A stretch of 64,000 bases of DNA, from the NCBI GenBank assembly GCA_965178125.1, contig OZ237740.1, positions 1,364,001 through 1,428,000 of the forward strand. The letters run 5' to 3'. A program made the position numbers and the translations under genes. Of this stretch, positions 12,281 to 25,967 are shown one piece after another. Each line of letters opens with the position of its first letter. Within the stretch, counting starts at the first letter, position 1. The stretch comes from Bilabrum cf. latius. Its lineage: Eukaryota. The notes below the pieces were generated by a model, which was not told the DNA's origin, ran no database searches, and was given only the letters and a program-made list of their open reading frames with translations.

Positions 12281-12473
12281 TGCCTTTGTGTGGTTTGCAT
12301 GCGCATGCCTGTAAAGATGATACCAGAGAGTCCGTTCAGGTATGCCGGTTTAGAGCAGAATCACACCCCGAATGCATGGACGCGCCCCCTACCCTACCTA
12401 CAACACCATGCAGTTCCCACCGCCTAGATCTAGACTGTAGATCAGATCTGATCCAGGATCTAGGTCGCTCCCA

Positions 12474-15400
12474 TCAGAACCCGCCCTGCCTGCTCTGTCG
12501 CCGCCCCCCCTGCGCCCCGAACATCCCGGGCCCACTCCTCGCCCTGTTCGCCTGCTGGGCCTTGCGCCGGTAGTCCTTCCTCAGCCTCTCGCGCTCCGAC
12601 TGCCACACGGCCTTGGCCGCTGCACGCCCGTCCGCGGTCGTCTCGCGGCCGTCGTGGCCCGTCTCCAGCTCGGCCTCACGGCCGTTCCGACCCACATCCT
12701 CCCCTCTGCCGCCGCGCTGCCTCCTTCTCTCGGCCCGCTCCGCCCGGCCCTGGATCCGGAGCGCCTCGGCCTCAAGCGAGGCACCGTGGAACCTGAGGGC
12801 AGCGTGCTTGCCAGACTTAGGAGCGGCGGCGCGCTTCCACTGCCGTTGCGGGCCCGATGATTCCCCCTACCCCTCCTCCCCTTGCCAGTCTCCACCGGCG
12901 CCTCCTTGTTCCCCGCCGTAAAAGCCAGCCCCTGCATGCGCTGCTGCCCCCTCCCCGGATCCGTTCCAGTGACCCTGCTCCTAAAACGCACCTTGGGAGT
13001 CGCCTCCGAACAGAGCATCACCCCCCGAACCTCCCCCTTCCATGTACTGCGCGGCCTCCTCCTGGGCAGCAGCCTCAGCAGCGGACCCGAAGGGATTGAA
13101 GGCACGCATGATGCCTCTGTGCCTCGCCTGCCCGCCAAGGGACTCGCCCGGCGCGGGACCAGCCTCCCCCAGCACCATCGGCTCCGATGATCCATCAAGC
13201 GCCCCGGCCTCGAAGGCCGCGTCTCCCACCAGGGCCCCCTTCCCCCCACCTGGAACCACGCCCTCCCACAGGGGGCCTGCATCCGAGCCGGACCCTCGCT
13301 TCCCGCGGCCCTGTCGGCCACCAAACGGGAGCCGGGCCACTTCTCCGCTACCGCGCCCGCTCTCCTCGGAAAAGAGGGCCCCTCCGTCCTCCAGCGCCCG
13401 CTTGACGGCCCGACTTGCCTTGCGCGCCTCGAGCGGATCCACGACTCCACCGTCCTCCGTCTCGGGCTCGGGCTCGTAGTCGATCTTGGGCGGGGGCATG
13501 CTGAACACCTGCCGCCACGACACCGCCACTTCCACCTTGCGCTCGCCAGGCAGCTCCCTCGTGCCCACGCGGTGGCCCTTCTCTCTCTTCCGGCGCTTGG
13601 CCGCAGGTGCAGCAGTGGGCTCCTCCGCGGCAGGTGCAGAAGAAGCATTAATAGACTGAACGGCGTCTTGATCGGCCATACTGTGTGATTCGGTTCCATC
13701 AGCCGAGTCCGCAGCACCCACCTTCTTAGCCTAGGCTTTCTTCTATTTCTTCTCCCGCTTGGACTCGGGTGCTGACGCTGCCTCGGGCGCAACCCGTCGC
13801 TTGCGCTTCTGTCCTACCTGCTCGGCTTCCTCGCCCTGACTCTGACTCTTTCTCTGACTCGGTGACTTTGCGGGCAAGTCGCTGGTCTCGGTCTTGCTCT
13901 TGCTCTTGCTCTTGCTCTTGCTCTTGGACGCGAGCTGCTCTTGCTTCCTCAATTGCTTCTGCTTCTTTCTCGCTGCCTTCTCTTCGGCAGCGCGAGCCTA
14001 ATCCTTCCTGGCCTTCTCCTTCCGCAGTGCATCTTTCATGCCCGTGTCCCAGCCTCCACCCTCGCGCAGCAGGGAGGAAGGGGCCGAGGAAGAGGAACTG
14101 GACGAAGACCCCGAAGCACCTGTCGCTGACGCTGGGGCCCCCACGAACCGAGCGGCCCCGCCCGGAACAAACCCACGGGTCGATGCTCCAGCTTGCAACT
14201 GATGCTGGCCAACACGCAGCATCACGCCAGTGTCGCTCGCCGCCCCACCAGCCGCCTGTGCCATCCTAGCTAGCACTGCTGCGGAGCCCCGCAGCTTCTT
14301 CGCCCCCGCCCCGCGCCCCTGCGACGATGCCTCTGCCCCGGGTCCGTCTCCGTCTCTGACTGCATATCGCGCAACCTTCACACCGTGCATGTCCCGCACC
14401 GCCAGCCCCTCAATCTTCTCCTCGCTCGCAGCCTGCTCTGCATCCCCGGGCCCGGTGTCGCCCTCTCCCTCCAAGCGCCGCTCCACAGTGGCGTCCTCGC
14501 CGAACATGGAGGCCAGCACCGCATTCGCTGTGCTGAGGCCCTCCCCAATAGACGACTACACGGCTGCAGCCGCGTCTGCCTGCTTCCTCGCTGCGTCCTG
14601 CACGTCCGTCAGGTCCACCTCCTCGATCCCAGAGGGGTCCACGAACCCAGGCTCAGCGGCCCGGGGCTCTTCCTCGCTAGATTCTACGCCAGAGTCGCTT
14701 GCAGTGGATGAATCACCGTCGCTGTCACTGTCACTGTCACTGTCGCTGTCGCTGTCGCTGTTGCTATCACTGCCACTATCACTGCCACTGTCACTGTCAC
14801 TGTCGTCGCCATCGCTATCGCTATCACTGCCATTGTCGCTACTGCTGTCGCTCTCGCTCTTGCCGCCATCGCTGGCGCCGCCAGTGTCACCCCCGTTGCC
14901 AGCGCTGTCGCTGTCACTATCACTTTTGCTATCACTATCACTGTCGCTGCTTCCGCTGCTCTCAGGCCCCCCTTCTCCCTTTTCTGCACTGTCACTGTTC
15001 CTACTGGAATCGCTCTCGCTGCCACTCCCGCTGCCGCTGTCGCTGCTGCTATCGTCGCTGCTGCCCTCGTCATCGTTACTGCTGCCGCCCTTCTGCCCTA
15101 AACCAGCAGTGCCTTGTTTGCCTTCGAGTTGCTACGCTTTTGAGGCCACCAATTGCAACTCGCCCTTTGCTGCCGACTCAAGCGATGTTTGCACGATAGC
15201 AGCCCCTAGAACACCACTGTCGCTTCCAGAGATACTCTTACTCGTGCTGCTGGCGGAGGCCTCCGCTGCAGGTTCCTGTGCTGGGGTCGACACTGGTTCC
15301 ATCGGCGCATCGTTCAGTGCTGGTGACAGCGACTGCGAAGTAGCAGCCGACTGCTCGGGCGGCGCAGCTACCACTTCCGCTTGCTGCACTGGCGGTCCAC

Positions 15401-15486
15401 CGAAGAATCGCATGGCGGCTGCGGCTGCGGATGCCTGTGCTACTCGAGCTGCAGCCTGAGCTTTGCGCCCACCAGCAACAGCAACA

Positions 15487-15534
<48 letters not shown>

Positions 15535-16328
15535 CCTTTGTCGCTACCACCACTGGTACTTGCTTGCTATTTCTTGGCCAGCTCGCCACCCGCTCTACGG
15601 CAAAGATCGGTATCCTCGCTAGTCTGCTGCTCCTGCTGCTCCTCCTTGGGGGGCAGGGCAAGCAAATCCCAACCCGCCTTCTCTGCTTCTCGTTCGTACT
15701 TGTCGTCTAGCACGAGATGCAGAGCGCGGCGGCGAGGAGGGGCGAGAGCGAGCTGCGGCTTGCCCGCCTCGAGGGCGCGGTCTATTCTGCGCTGTCTCCT
15801 CCTCGCTTCTACGCTTTCTTGCTGCCAAGAGATTTCAAGGGGTTGAGTTGTCACGCGGTGGGCTTGTGCTCTGCGCTCGGGCCTCACACGAAGCACAACC
15901 GTTTCCTCTTGTGGAGCATCCACCTCCTTCTCGGGCGTTGCAGCCTAATCGCGCTCGAGCTATTCGAGCATGAGTTCGTGTTCCTGCCGCTCGCGCCGAA
16001 TTTTCTGAAAGATGTTCTCATGTGCAAACTGAAGCGAAACGCGCTGGCCGCCAAAGATGCTTCCGTCTAAAGCCTTCACAACCTTTTCAAGCGCAAGGCT
16101 AACCTCCTTCGTTCGAGGACCTACCTCTATGAACGCGTATCCACGAAATCCAAACGGGTCATCAGATCGCCTTACTCCTGACTAGTCCACTGAAATATCG
16201 CATTCCGAGCCTAACATCTTCGCAAGTCGAGTTGCAATCAGGTGTGCACCGTCCTCAGTCTCCAAATTCCCCACGTGCAAACGATACTGCAGCGATTTCG
16301 CCCCATACCGTTCGCCCTATGAAAACAT
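12474..16328 (-). CDS. NOL8: Nucleolar protein 8 (NOL8/Nop8)-like RRM protein, ~1280 aa
   Basis: Reading TAG as Gln gives an N-terminal RRM (RLHVGNL; RGYAFIEV; LDGSIFGGQRVSLQFAHENIFQKIRRERQE), a long Ser/Asp tract (14700-15080) and the C-terminal 'VWQSERERLRKDYRRK' typical of NOL8. TGA at 12474-12476. Confidence 0.7.
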
Positions 16329-16475
16329 TTGTGATGTATGCTTGGCGGTATGCCTGCAAATTCTACTCAGAACGCAATACTACAAACAACAATCAACTGC
16401 AACTGTGAATTATAGCGTGTACCTTTTCCAGCTAAGGTCTTGTTTTGTCATGGAATCCTGCTCGTTTAAGAACGA

Positions 16476-17114
16476 ATGGACAGCAGCAGAGCGGGGAAAG
16501 CCGATGTTGTAGTTCCTGTTGGTAGCGGCTTAAAAGCTGTTACTGCGTTGGCTCATGCAAAAAGGTCTGCAGGGTCCCCAGAGCGAGATGGTGCGGCTGT
16601 TGCACTTGGGACCAAATGGAACGCAGACAAGGAGGTGTCTGAGCTCTCTGAAATGGATGCAGACATGGAACGTCTAAAGGCTAGAAGAGCCGCTATGCAA
16701 GCGGAGCTTTAGAAGGAAAGGGAACGACAACAAGCCATGATCGCACAGGAATCAGCAGGGAAAGCGCCAACGGACACTGCAGCAGCAGGTGACGACCATC
16801 CGCCGGAGCACCGCCCTGCTGAACATGCACACGTAGCAGTTTCGAAGGCTAGATCAGAATTTACACGTGCAGAGTATGCTGCGCCTGGATAGCCTGAAAT
16901 TAACGAGGCGGACCTAAGTCGGTTGGCTCGCGGCGACAGGGTGCAGTCCAGCTCTGTAGCTACTAGTAGCAGCAAGCCGTATTAGGTTGCAAGCGACCCT
17001 GCCTCAATGAAATTGGCAGAAAAGTTCAAGTAGGAATGGATGCAAAAGTTAGGCTTGGAAAGCTCAGACGCTGCAACAGAATCACCAGACGACGGCTCGA
17101 GCTCAGGGACGTGA
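16476..17114 (+). CDS. Hypothetical coiled-coil protein (212 aa)
   Basis: ATG 16476, four in-frame TAGs, TGA at 17112-17114. Fills the space between a divergent and a convergent neighbour. Confidence 0.6.
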
Positions 17115-17163
17115 TAGCGATCGAACTTATCCAGATAGCAAGTCAGGCCCTCTCCACAGCAAG

Positions 17164-20100
17164 TCAGATTTGCTCCCCACCGACACCCAGCTCTCCCAAC
17201 AAGTCGCCCAGCTCGTCCAGCCCGTCCAGCCCATTGTCCTGCTCCTCCGTCTGGCGCGCTGCCTCATGGTCCTGCTCCTCTGGCTGGCCTGTTGGCCTAT
17301 GGTCCCGCTCTTCTGGCTTGCTTGTTGGCCCAGATCGCCTTGACATGTTCACTCCGTCAATTTCATCGTGGCTGCTTGCATCAGCTTGATCTGGTTGAAT
17401 TTCTAGGCTGGCCAGAGGCTGCAACGGCTGCACCGCAGTGGGCTCGACCTATGGTGAACTCCCATGCGTTTGCACTTCCTTGGATTCCGCACTGGCACCC
17501 ACATGGCCGCTTTCCACGCTGCCATTTGGACGCTCTTCAAGAGATTCTCTGTGCTCATTACCCATCGGCTGCCCGACATTCGCACCGCTGAAGCTGCTTG
17601 ACCTGGCCGTGTACACGTCTCGCCGACTACCCTCCAAGGAGGCGTCGTCGTCGCTCTAGTCTTCCTCCACGGTCTGATGCTTCCGCAGAGGCCGGGTGAC
17701 GCGCTGGCCTCGCGCACCGCTGCGCACAGGCACCGGCTGCACTTTGCCCCCGAGGACCACTGGGGTGCCACCAATTGGAGACGAGGGGCGGGTCTCGCCG
17801 CTCGAGAGAGTAGCGTGCGCAGCATCCGCTGCAGCCCCATTGGCAGCTGCTGCCTGCCTCTGATCGGATGGATCGGTGGTACCGAAGCTACTGCCAACTG
17901 GTCGACCTACCAAACTAGAATCAGCTGAAAGATCACCACCCGTTGCTGCAGCAGCTCCGAGGACAGCACCTTCAGTCGCTGTTGCCTCGTCCCTTTCAGT
18001 CGCAGCTGAAGGCAGTTTCTGTCCTCCGTGGGAGGAACTCACGAGACTCGCGAGCTCCTTCAGGCTCTGCTCCAGCTTGTCATCTGTCTCATGCAGCGTC
18101 GCCTCCATGCCGCTGCCCACGTCTTCAGTGGCTGCAGCGTCACCTGTTCGTTCTCTTTGCATATCCTAGGCGGCCGCCTGTTCGACTGCGCCGAGAGTCT
18201 GACCATCCACTGCTGCAACATGGTCATCGATCCGTGAAATATTTGCCCTAGGTTCTGCCGTTGCAAAACTATCGGGTTGGGTGCTCAAACTGGCAGCGAC
18301 CTGATCCGGCGCATCTTCGGGCGGTGCGTCTGGTGGCACAGCCACAGTGTCAGCGCCTTCCATGGCGCTCAGCAAGCCCGCGAGCTGCCCGAGATGCTTG
18401 TAGTCGTGCTCCCCGCTTTCAACCCGACCACTCGCAGGAGCATTGGAGGGGTCGCTCGTGGTAGCAGAAGCATTGCCTGATTCGAATGGTCCGATAGCTC
18501 CCGGCCCTGAACCAGCGGCGTCATACGGCGATGAGCTGGCGAGCGGTGCCAGTCCGCGCGCAGCAGCCGTGAACTCTACAAGGCCATGCAAAGCAGCGTC
18601 TTCGGCCTCGCCTGTATCTCCACTTTCACGCAACTCTTCATTGTCAGCGATCTCACGCTTGGATTCGCGAGCTGCAAGCTTGGCAGCACTGGACTCAGCA
18701 GACTACGTCTTCGCCTGCACTGCCTCGCTCTATACCCCCTCCCCCTCGTGGAAATCATCTGCCTCGACATCAGCACCTGGAGCGGCACCGAGGGGCATCA
18801 ATACAGCCGCAGCAATGGCTGGCGCGACAGGAGACTCCTCATGAAGCGCTTGTGCGTCCTGGTGCTCGCCGCTGTCCTCGCGCAAGGAGCCACCCTCCAG
18901 CACGACCTCTCGATCGGGCCGCGATACACTCGCCTGGTCCGTCTTGGTGCCCGCAGACACCGTGCTGAAGCGTCTCGCCGGGTGCGGACTGGACGCAGAC
19001 TGCATGTCATCCTCTGTACCCGTGGCCGAGGGCGGCCGCATCAGGCGCATCGGTCCGTTGTCCTCCGTCTCGCTGGACAGTGTCCTTCGTTGAGACGCAG
19101 ACAATGGGGACACATCCATCTCATCGCCGTCCTACGGAGCATTGTGAGATGGGGCTGTCCCGGGTGTATCAGATGAAACAGCGCCTGCGCCCGATGGGCT
19201 CTCCCCGTTGCGCCGTGCGGAGATACTGGCCTCCTCTGCGAGCGAGACCATCACGTGAGGTGCGGCCGCCGACTCAGGACCAACTTCCCCAAGTCGGTTC
19301 GCGGGCCAGTCGCCCCACTTACGGACTACGGAGCCACTCGCCGCACCAGTTGCAGTCGAAGTGCTCATATTGCCTGCACTTCTGGTTGGCACCAGCCCCG
19401 GCTGCCGGTCCTCATCGAACCGTGGGGAGGGCAGCTAGCTGGCATCTCGCGCGATGGCCGGGGCTTCCTGTGCCTCCCCGCTGCTGTCCATAGCAATCGC
19501 AAGCGGCGCTTGGGTTGACCCCTCCACTTCGGCCGAATGGTTAGTTTGCTCAGCGGGTGCATCGTGCTCGTGCCCCAGCTGCTGCTCCAAAGCATGCAGA
19601 AGTTCAGGCGATAGCTCCAGAGTTCCTGCCCCTGCGACGAGGTCTGGCTCCTCACGCCGGTGATCAAGCACTGCTGCACTCGCCCTGCGAGCTCTGCGCT
19701 TCTTACCAGGCTTCGCTTTGTGATGTGCTCGCGCAACCACCGCCTTGGATGGAGTCCCCCTCCCCACTGCCGAAGATCGTCTCCGGCGCGCTCGCCTCCC
19801 ATCCCCGCCCGGACCATGCCTCCCTGAGCTCCCAGCCTCCTTAAATGCTCCAATAGCGGCTGCTGCCAAGCTCCACCGCCGCGCGACCTTGCGCCCACGA
19901 CCTAGTCGTCGTCGAGCCTCGGCGTCGACGCGCTGCACGGCGGCCCGACGAGCAGCCCGCTCCTCTTTGGACACTTTTGCAATGGAGACACTGGTGTCTG
20001 GAACACCTACAGCTCTATCCTGGTGCCCTGTTTCTAGCCCGGGGCGATGGAACGGGGACGCAAAGCCATCGCGAGAGCTGTGGATGGCAGCTACCATGGA

Positions 20101-23100
20101 GGCACGCCTGCGCCTGGTCTTGCGACGATTCGCACCCGGCTGCCCTGCACCTCCTGCAGCCGCCCCCGGCACTCCTGGATTCCTCCACATGAGCTCCTCT
20201 ACGGTTGGCGCGGGTCCCTGCAGCTTGCGACCCACAGAAGAGCGTCGGCGCTTTCTCTTGAAACTAATTCTGCTCGTATCTCCAACGACTGAATGGCGAC
20301 GGCCGCGGTATTTCCCCAAGCCGGCCTGTTGGAAGTGAGCCACCCGCTCGGACGGTACTGCGTAGTGTTGACTTGTTTCAGGCTCGTCTACCTGCATGCT
20401 GAAACGATCTTGCGGTGCTGAAAACCGCTGGACATCCGGTACAGCAGCGTGGCTTCCGCCGTCTGGTGCGCCCTCCCGCTGCTGCTGCTGCGCATGCTCA
20501 AAGCCGGGGGCCTGTTCATATGAGCGCTCGCGGTTTGGCACGTGGTCAGCGTGGCTGCCACCCTGATGAGCCTAATCATCACCCCAGGCATGCACAGGCC
20601 CTGCAACCAAGCCATGCTGTTGGTACGTAGGCGGCTACATCGTCTACTGGCCTTCAATTGTAGCTGCTGGCGGTTGAGGTAGCTGCACTGCAACGTGCTG
20701 CGCCTGCAGGTGCTGAATCAGCATGGCAAGCTGTTCAGGTGGCAAAGAGGCTGCCACAGCTGGCGGTAGGCTCACCGCAACTGGCGCTGGTGCTGGTGCT
20801 GGCGCTGGTGCTGGTGCTGGTGCTGGTGCTGGCGCTGGCGCTGGCGCTGGTGCTGGTGCTGGTGCTGGTGCTGGTGCTGGTGCTGGTGCTGGTGCTGGTG
20901 CTGGTGCTGGTGCTGGTGCTGGTGCTGGTGCTGGTGCTGGTGCTGGTGCTGGTGCTGGTGCTGGTGCTGGTGCTGGTGCTGGTGCTGGTGCTGGTGCTGG
21001 TGCTGGTGCTGGTGCTGGTGCTGGTGCTGGTGCTGGTGCTGGTGCTGGTGCTGGTGCTGGTGCTGGTGCTGGTGCTGGTGCTGGTGCTGGTGCTGGTGCT
21101 GGTGCTGGTGCTGGTGCTGGTGCTGGTGCTGGTGCTGGTGCTGGTGCTGGTGCTGGTGCTGGTGCTGGTGCTGGTGCTGGTGCTGGTGCTGGTGCTGGTG
21201 CTGGTGCTGGCGCTGGTGCTGGTGCTGGTGCTGGTGCTGGTGCTGGTGCTGGTGCTGGTGCTGTGACAGCGGTAGGGACTACCTGCACTGCTCCAACGCC
21301 CGGAATACTCGTCCCTGCAGCGTTGAGATCTGCATCACCAGAAGAAGAAGACTATCCCTAGTGTGCGGGATATTCCACCATGGTAGCTCCAAGGTTCGCG
21401 TGAAAAGGCACGACCGATTGGTCTTCGGAATTCTCCTCGCCTGTGTCCACTGACTCGTCTGGGACCCCATGATCACCGGTCACATGCCCAGCCTCCTTCG
21501 TGGGCGTGTCACGTGCTATATGATCCTGCTGGTCATTTACTAAGAAACCATCCCCTGGTGGCACGTTCGAATCGAGCAGAGATACAGGATCTGCTGTTGC
21601 GACAGCCTTGTGATTTGACCCCCCAGTTCCCTCGCCTTCTGGTGAATCTGCGCTTGTTACGTACGAGTCATCATGCCCAGTGCCGCTCTCCGGATTCTAT
21701 TTCTACTACACGCCAAGCTCGCGGTCGTGGTCGGGCTCTTGCTCCTCCCTGACGGTAGGCAGCACCACAGAAGCAGTCTTCTCAGCCACTCCCGTGCGCC
21801 TCTCACCGAATTCTAGCTTTGACTGCATGCGCTCAGCCTGCTATTTAAGCGAATCGGCCAGCTAGCTCGCCTGCAGCAGGCCTGCATGCCGTGCCTTGAG
21901 CTCTTCGAGGTGCTGCGCAGCGGTGTCGTGCGCATGCTGGGCCGCATCACGCAGTCGACCATTGCCATCCGGCGTTGGAGGGGCCCGCCTCGGCGCGTCC
22001 GCGTGTAGCATGAGCACAACGGGTGCGGCGGGGTCGTACCGCGGATCCACATCGGCGCCGGCTTCTTTCATCTCACGCTCCGATGGCAGCCAGCCCGAGT
22101 CCTGCAGCTTTCTGACCCTCCCTCGCAGCACGTCCTGGTACTGGGCTCGTACAGCCTGACGGGTGCGCTCCTGGCTGGCCTGGAACGCTTCCTCCTTGGC
22201 TCGCTCTGCCTCCTGCACTGCGTGCATCTGAGCGCGCTCCTGCATGAGCTCGGTCTCCAGTCGTTCCCTAGCCCGGCGAGCCAGCTCGTCGCGCCGCTCC
22301 TACCTCTTCCTCTCAGCCGCCTCCAGCTGTCTTTCCATGCGGCGCTGCTCCCGGCGGCGCTCGTTCGACACGGCCTTAAACTGATCCTGCAAGACATGCA
22401 CCAGCGCTGCTGCAGATCTTGTCACGGGGGTGTCTTCATACGCCCCCAGCGGCAGCCCGGTGTACGACACCTCCTCACGAGCCAGTCGCCCCGTGCGCTG
22501 GCGAGGTGCGGTCCTGGGCAGGTGAGGCACGGACTGCGTGCTGAGGCCGCGAGGGGAATGGCTCGAGGCGCGTGATCCCCGCCGATTGCTGCCGGCGCGG
22601 TGCCTCCGCCGAACAGGGACGGCGGCGCTGAACCCGCCCCCTCCGCGTCGCCTCTGCATCCTCTCGACGGAGGCAGGCCCGTCGTCGTCGCCCTCGTTCT
22701 CCGACAGAAATGCTCCCTGTCGAATGGGGGCTCGGATCCTGGGCGACACGGACGCGATTGCGCGCAGCCTGTGCGTGCTAGTCTTGGCCCGACCCACGCG
22801 AAACGGCGGCTTCGATTTGGTGCTCCTGGATTTGCTGCGGCGCGCGCGGGACCTCCCGTTTCGGCCCCTGCGGAGCTGCACGGTGCTACGGGCCCGCCTG
22901 CCTGCCCCCAGCCTAGGTGACCTGCCCTCTCTCTCTGCTGCGCTGTTGTAGGCAGTCTAAGACGAAGACAGGTGCATGCGGGCACGGGCCTGGCTCGAGC
23001 TGATCTGGGCACTCATGTAGCCTGGGGTGTCCGACTCCGAAGCTGCCTACAGGTGGTGCTCGCGTTGCCTGGCATGGGCTGCCTCGGACGCAGTGGACGG

Positions 23101-25689
23101 GAGCGGTCGCAGTCCGGGAGAACTATGCTGCAGCTGCCCAACGTCCTCGTCCTCGTCCTCATCGTCGTAGTCGCCCTCGGAGTCAATGCCTGTCTGCCTA
23201 GCCAGCTGGTCTGACCCTGCCTTGGAGGGTGACGTCTGTGCCCTGGAGCGGACTCTCTTGGCGAGGGCTTCTTCCCTCTGGCGGATGCGGCGCATGGCCA
23301 TGGACGAAGCGTGCTTGCGGGCGTCCAGAGCGCGGGTGCGGCCTGTGGCTTCCCTCTTCCGCTTGGGGCGAGAAGAAGGTACCCCTCGCACCCGCTTGCT
23401 CGGCCGCTTGCTGCCCTTGCGCTTGCGGCGGTGCCGTGAGCTGCGAACCGCTTCCACATCGGCACCGTCCACGCGCGTCTCTGCCTCTGGCACGATGCCT
23501 TGCTGGTACACGGCCGCTGCGAGCTCGCTGGACGGCATGTGCACGGTCTGCGCGCGCCTAGCCTTCCTCCTTAGGTCGGCTGCCAGTGCCGCTGCGGATT
23601 TCTGCTGCACCCTGGCGATCACCCTGGGGTCCGCGGGGTCATCCTCTTCGTCCTCCTGGTCACTCGCGCCCCACGCCGTGCGGACCGTCGGTTTCCTGGC
23701 GGCATCTGCGTCGCTGCCGGGCTCATCGGTCAGGTGCAACTGGTGGCTGCTCCCACTACCGTCATGATGTAACGAGACGTTTGAGCCGGAGAGAGCGTCT
23801 CGAGTGCGGCGAACTCTTGGCGACACGAAGACGGGGTGCGGCCCGCGGCCCGACTACCGAGGGGGTCTCGGATGGGGTGCATGCCCTGCGTGCTCTTGTT
23901 CATGCTCGCGCTTGCGCTCCACTTGCGGCTTGCTCCTGCCCTAGATGCCAGGTCCTCGGAGCAGCGGAGCTGTCGCTACGTGTTCCCTGCTCCCGTCCCC
24001 CTCCAGCTCCTCCAGCCGCATGTCACTCTAAACCCCCGGCTAGGCGTCCTCCTCCACCTCCTGCAGAACGTACTTGCGCCCGTGGATCGTCACAACGCGA
24101 GCCCTCCCCTCCGCGGTGTGACTCTTCGCGCGTCCTCTGCCGCTACCCCTGCCTCTGCCCCTCTTGTCTTGCTGTAACTACTAATGATGCTGCTAACCGC
24201 CGGCACCTCTCCTCTACGGGGACTGTGCCGGGGCAATAAACTCATCCAGCGAGCTTCGGAGGCTCTCCAGATCGTCAGCTCCCGTGCCGGGCCTGCTCCG
24301 AAATGCACGGTCAGGCGTCTGTGGCAGGGCGCTGGGCGTGAGAGGGGGCCGAGAGGGCGCGCCGGCACTCCGCTATCGCTGCATGCTCCCTCCTGCGACC
24401 TCTCCTGCCTGTCGCCCGGAGTGGAGCACTCGTCTGGTCGCAGCATCTGCTGCAGTGGGCGATTTCGGTGGCCGTCTTGATGCCACCGCGATGCCTGCTC
24501 CCCGTCCCCCTATCCCCCCTCCATCCGTCCCGAAGAGCGCCTTTGCTGCACTGCCCCCTGGCTGCGGGGACTGGATGCGCTGCAGGCTCTCTCGGGACAA
24601 CCGACCCCCCTGCCTCGACTCGCCCCCGCCCTGCCCCGCACGGTCCTGCACCAGCATCATGAAGGCCTGCGTGAGACCCTCCACGGCCTCCCCCAGCCTC
24701 TCCACTTTGGCCCTCCCCCCCGCTGTGGAAGTGGAACCAGAAGACCCCGGCCTAGAGCTCGAGGTCCCGCTCCCGCCCCCGCCACCTAGCTGCTGGATTG
24801 GCGGAAGGTGCGGCCCATCCTGCGCCTGCTCCTGCCGGCTGCCGGCACCATTGTCAGCGGCAGTCGCATCTTTAAACTGCACGCGGCTAGTCGGCCGGTG
24901 CTGCCGTCCACTGCCGCTGCCCTCCGGAGGGACTCCGCTGCCGTCGCTGTCTGCCATGGATCCACCCCGCGCCCGCCCAAGGAGTCCTGACACCGCCAGA
25001 GACCCCGAGGCCTCCCCCACGCTGGCTGCCTGGCTACTAGGTGCCCTGCTGTGGCTCTGGCTCGCGCTGCCATCTCCGCCCTGGCTGGCGCGAGACGAGC
25101 GAGCTTTCTATAGCGATTCCTCCACGCCTTTCAGCTGAGCATACAGCCGCTGCAGCCGCTACCGCGACCCTTCCATGCTGCGATACCCCTCCTTGAGGCT
25201 GGCCGCCTCCTGGCGCGTGGCATGCACCAGCGGTGTGGACGGCAGGCCGGATCGAACCTGACCTAGTACCTGACCAGCTGGCGTCTTGGCTCTCTGGCCG
25301 TGGGCACGCGGTGAGGCGGTTCGCCGCCCTAGCTGCTCTGAATGAGTGTGACTGATCCCTGGCGGCCGAATGGGCCCGCCGGTCCCGGGGCGATGGTGCA
25401 TGGCTTCTGAGTTGCTTTTTACAACCATGTCGCCCTGGCTGCCCTCGAGCGATGAGCTCGACACTATCGCCCCCCTTGCAGCAAATGAATCTAGCACATT
25501 GCTATTCCCAGCGACGCGCAGTGCTCCCTGCTCAGACGACGGTGACTTCTGTTCCTGCGCGATCGCCGTGCTTGCATCGGCGCTGGATTCATGCAAGCGC
25601 TGACTCGGGGTGTCATCATCATCTTCCCAAGCCTCAGTGTACGCCTAGCTAGTGACGCTTGCCCTTCGCTGCCTAGAAGCGCCGCTCAT
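17164..25689 (-). CDS. Giant (~2840 aa), apparently single-exon, intrinsically disordered protein with an (AP)n tract and a short coiled coil
   Basis: Thirteen listed minus-strand ORFs from 25159-25596 down to 17164-17433 share one frame. The gaps I traced contain only TAG. ATG 25689, TGA 17164-17166. Confidence 0.75.
20781..21262. repeat. ~480-bp (GCTGGT)n microsatellite encoding ~80 Ala-Pro units
   Basis: Near-perfect hexamer tandem array with a few GCTGGC variants. Confidence 0.95.
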
Positions 25690-25967
25690 TCCAGCTCGCC
25701 GCTTTGTGCAAGCGTTTCCGTGGCTCGAGCAGCAGCAATTTCGAGCACCACCAGTATCTGCCTCTACCTCTGCTGGATCTCCGATCAGGGCCGCCCAGTG
25801 CAAGAGTTATATTAAATTCAATGAACGAATGTCCACAGGCGCGTAATATGCTTACCTTGGCCCGTGATACCGCGGAAACTGTCGGCGCTTGTCCGGTCGA
25901 GGTCGCCGGTGGTGGTCGCAACAGGGTTGCATATTGCCCGAAGTGAAGCGCAGTATCCCTGCGTGCC

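Noticed and set aside
14700-15080. Leu/Ser or Cys/His repeat ORFs on the + strand
   Set aside because: Antisense readings of the Ser-Asp tract in the NOL8-like gene.
20781-21262. CRISPR-like or telomeric array
   Set aside because: A simple hexamer microsatellite with no spacers, in frame within a coding sequence.
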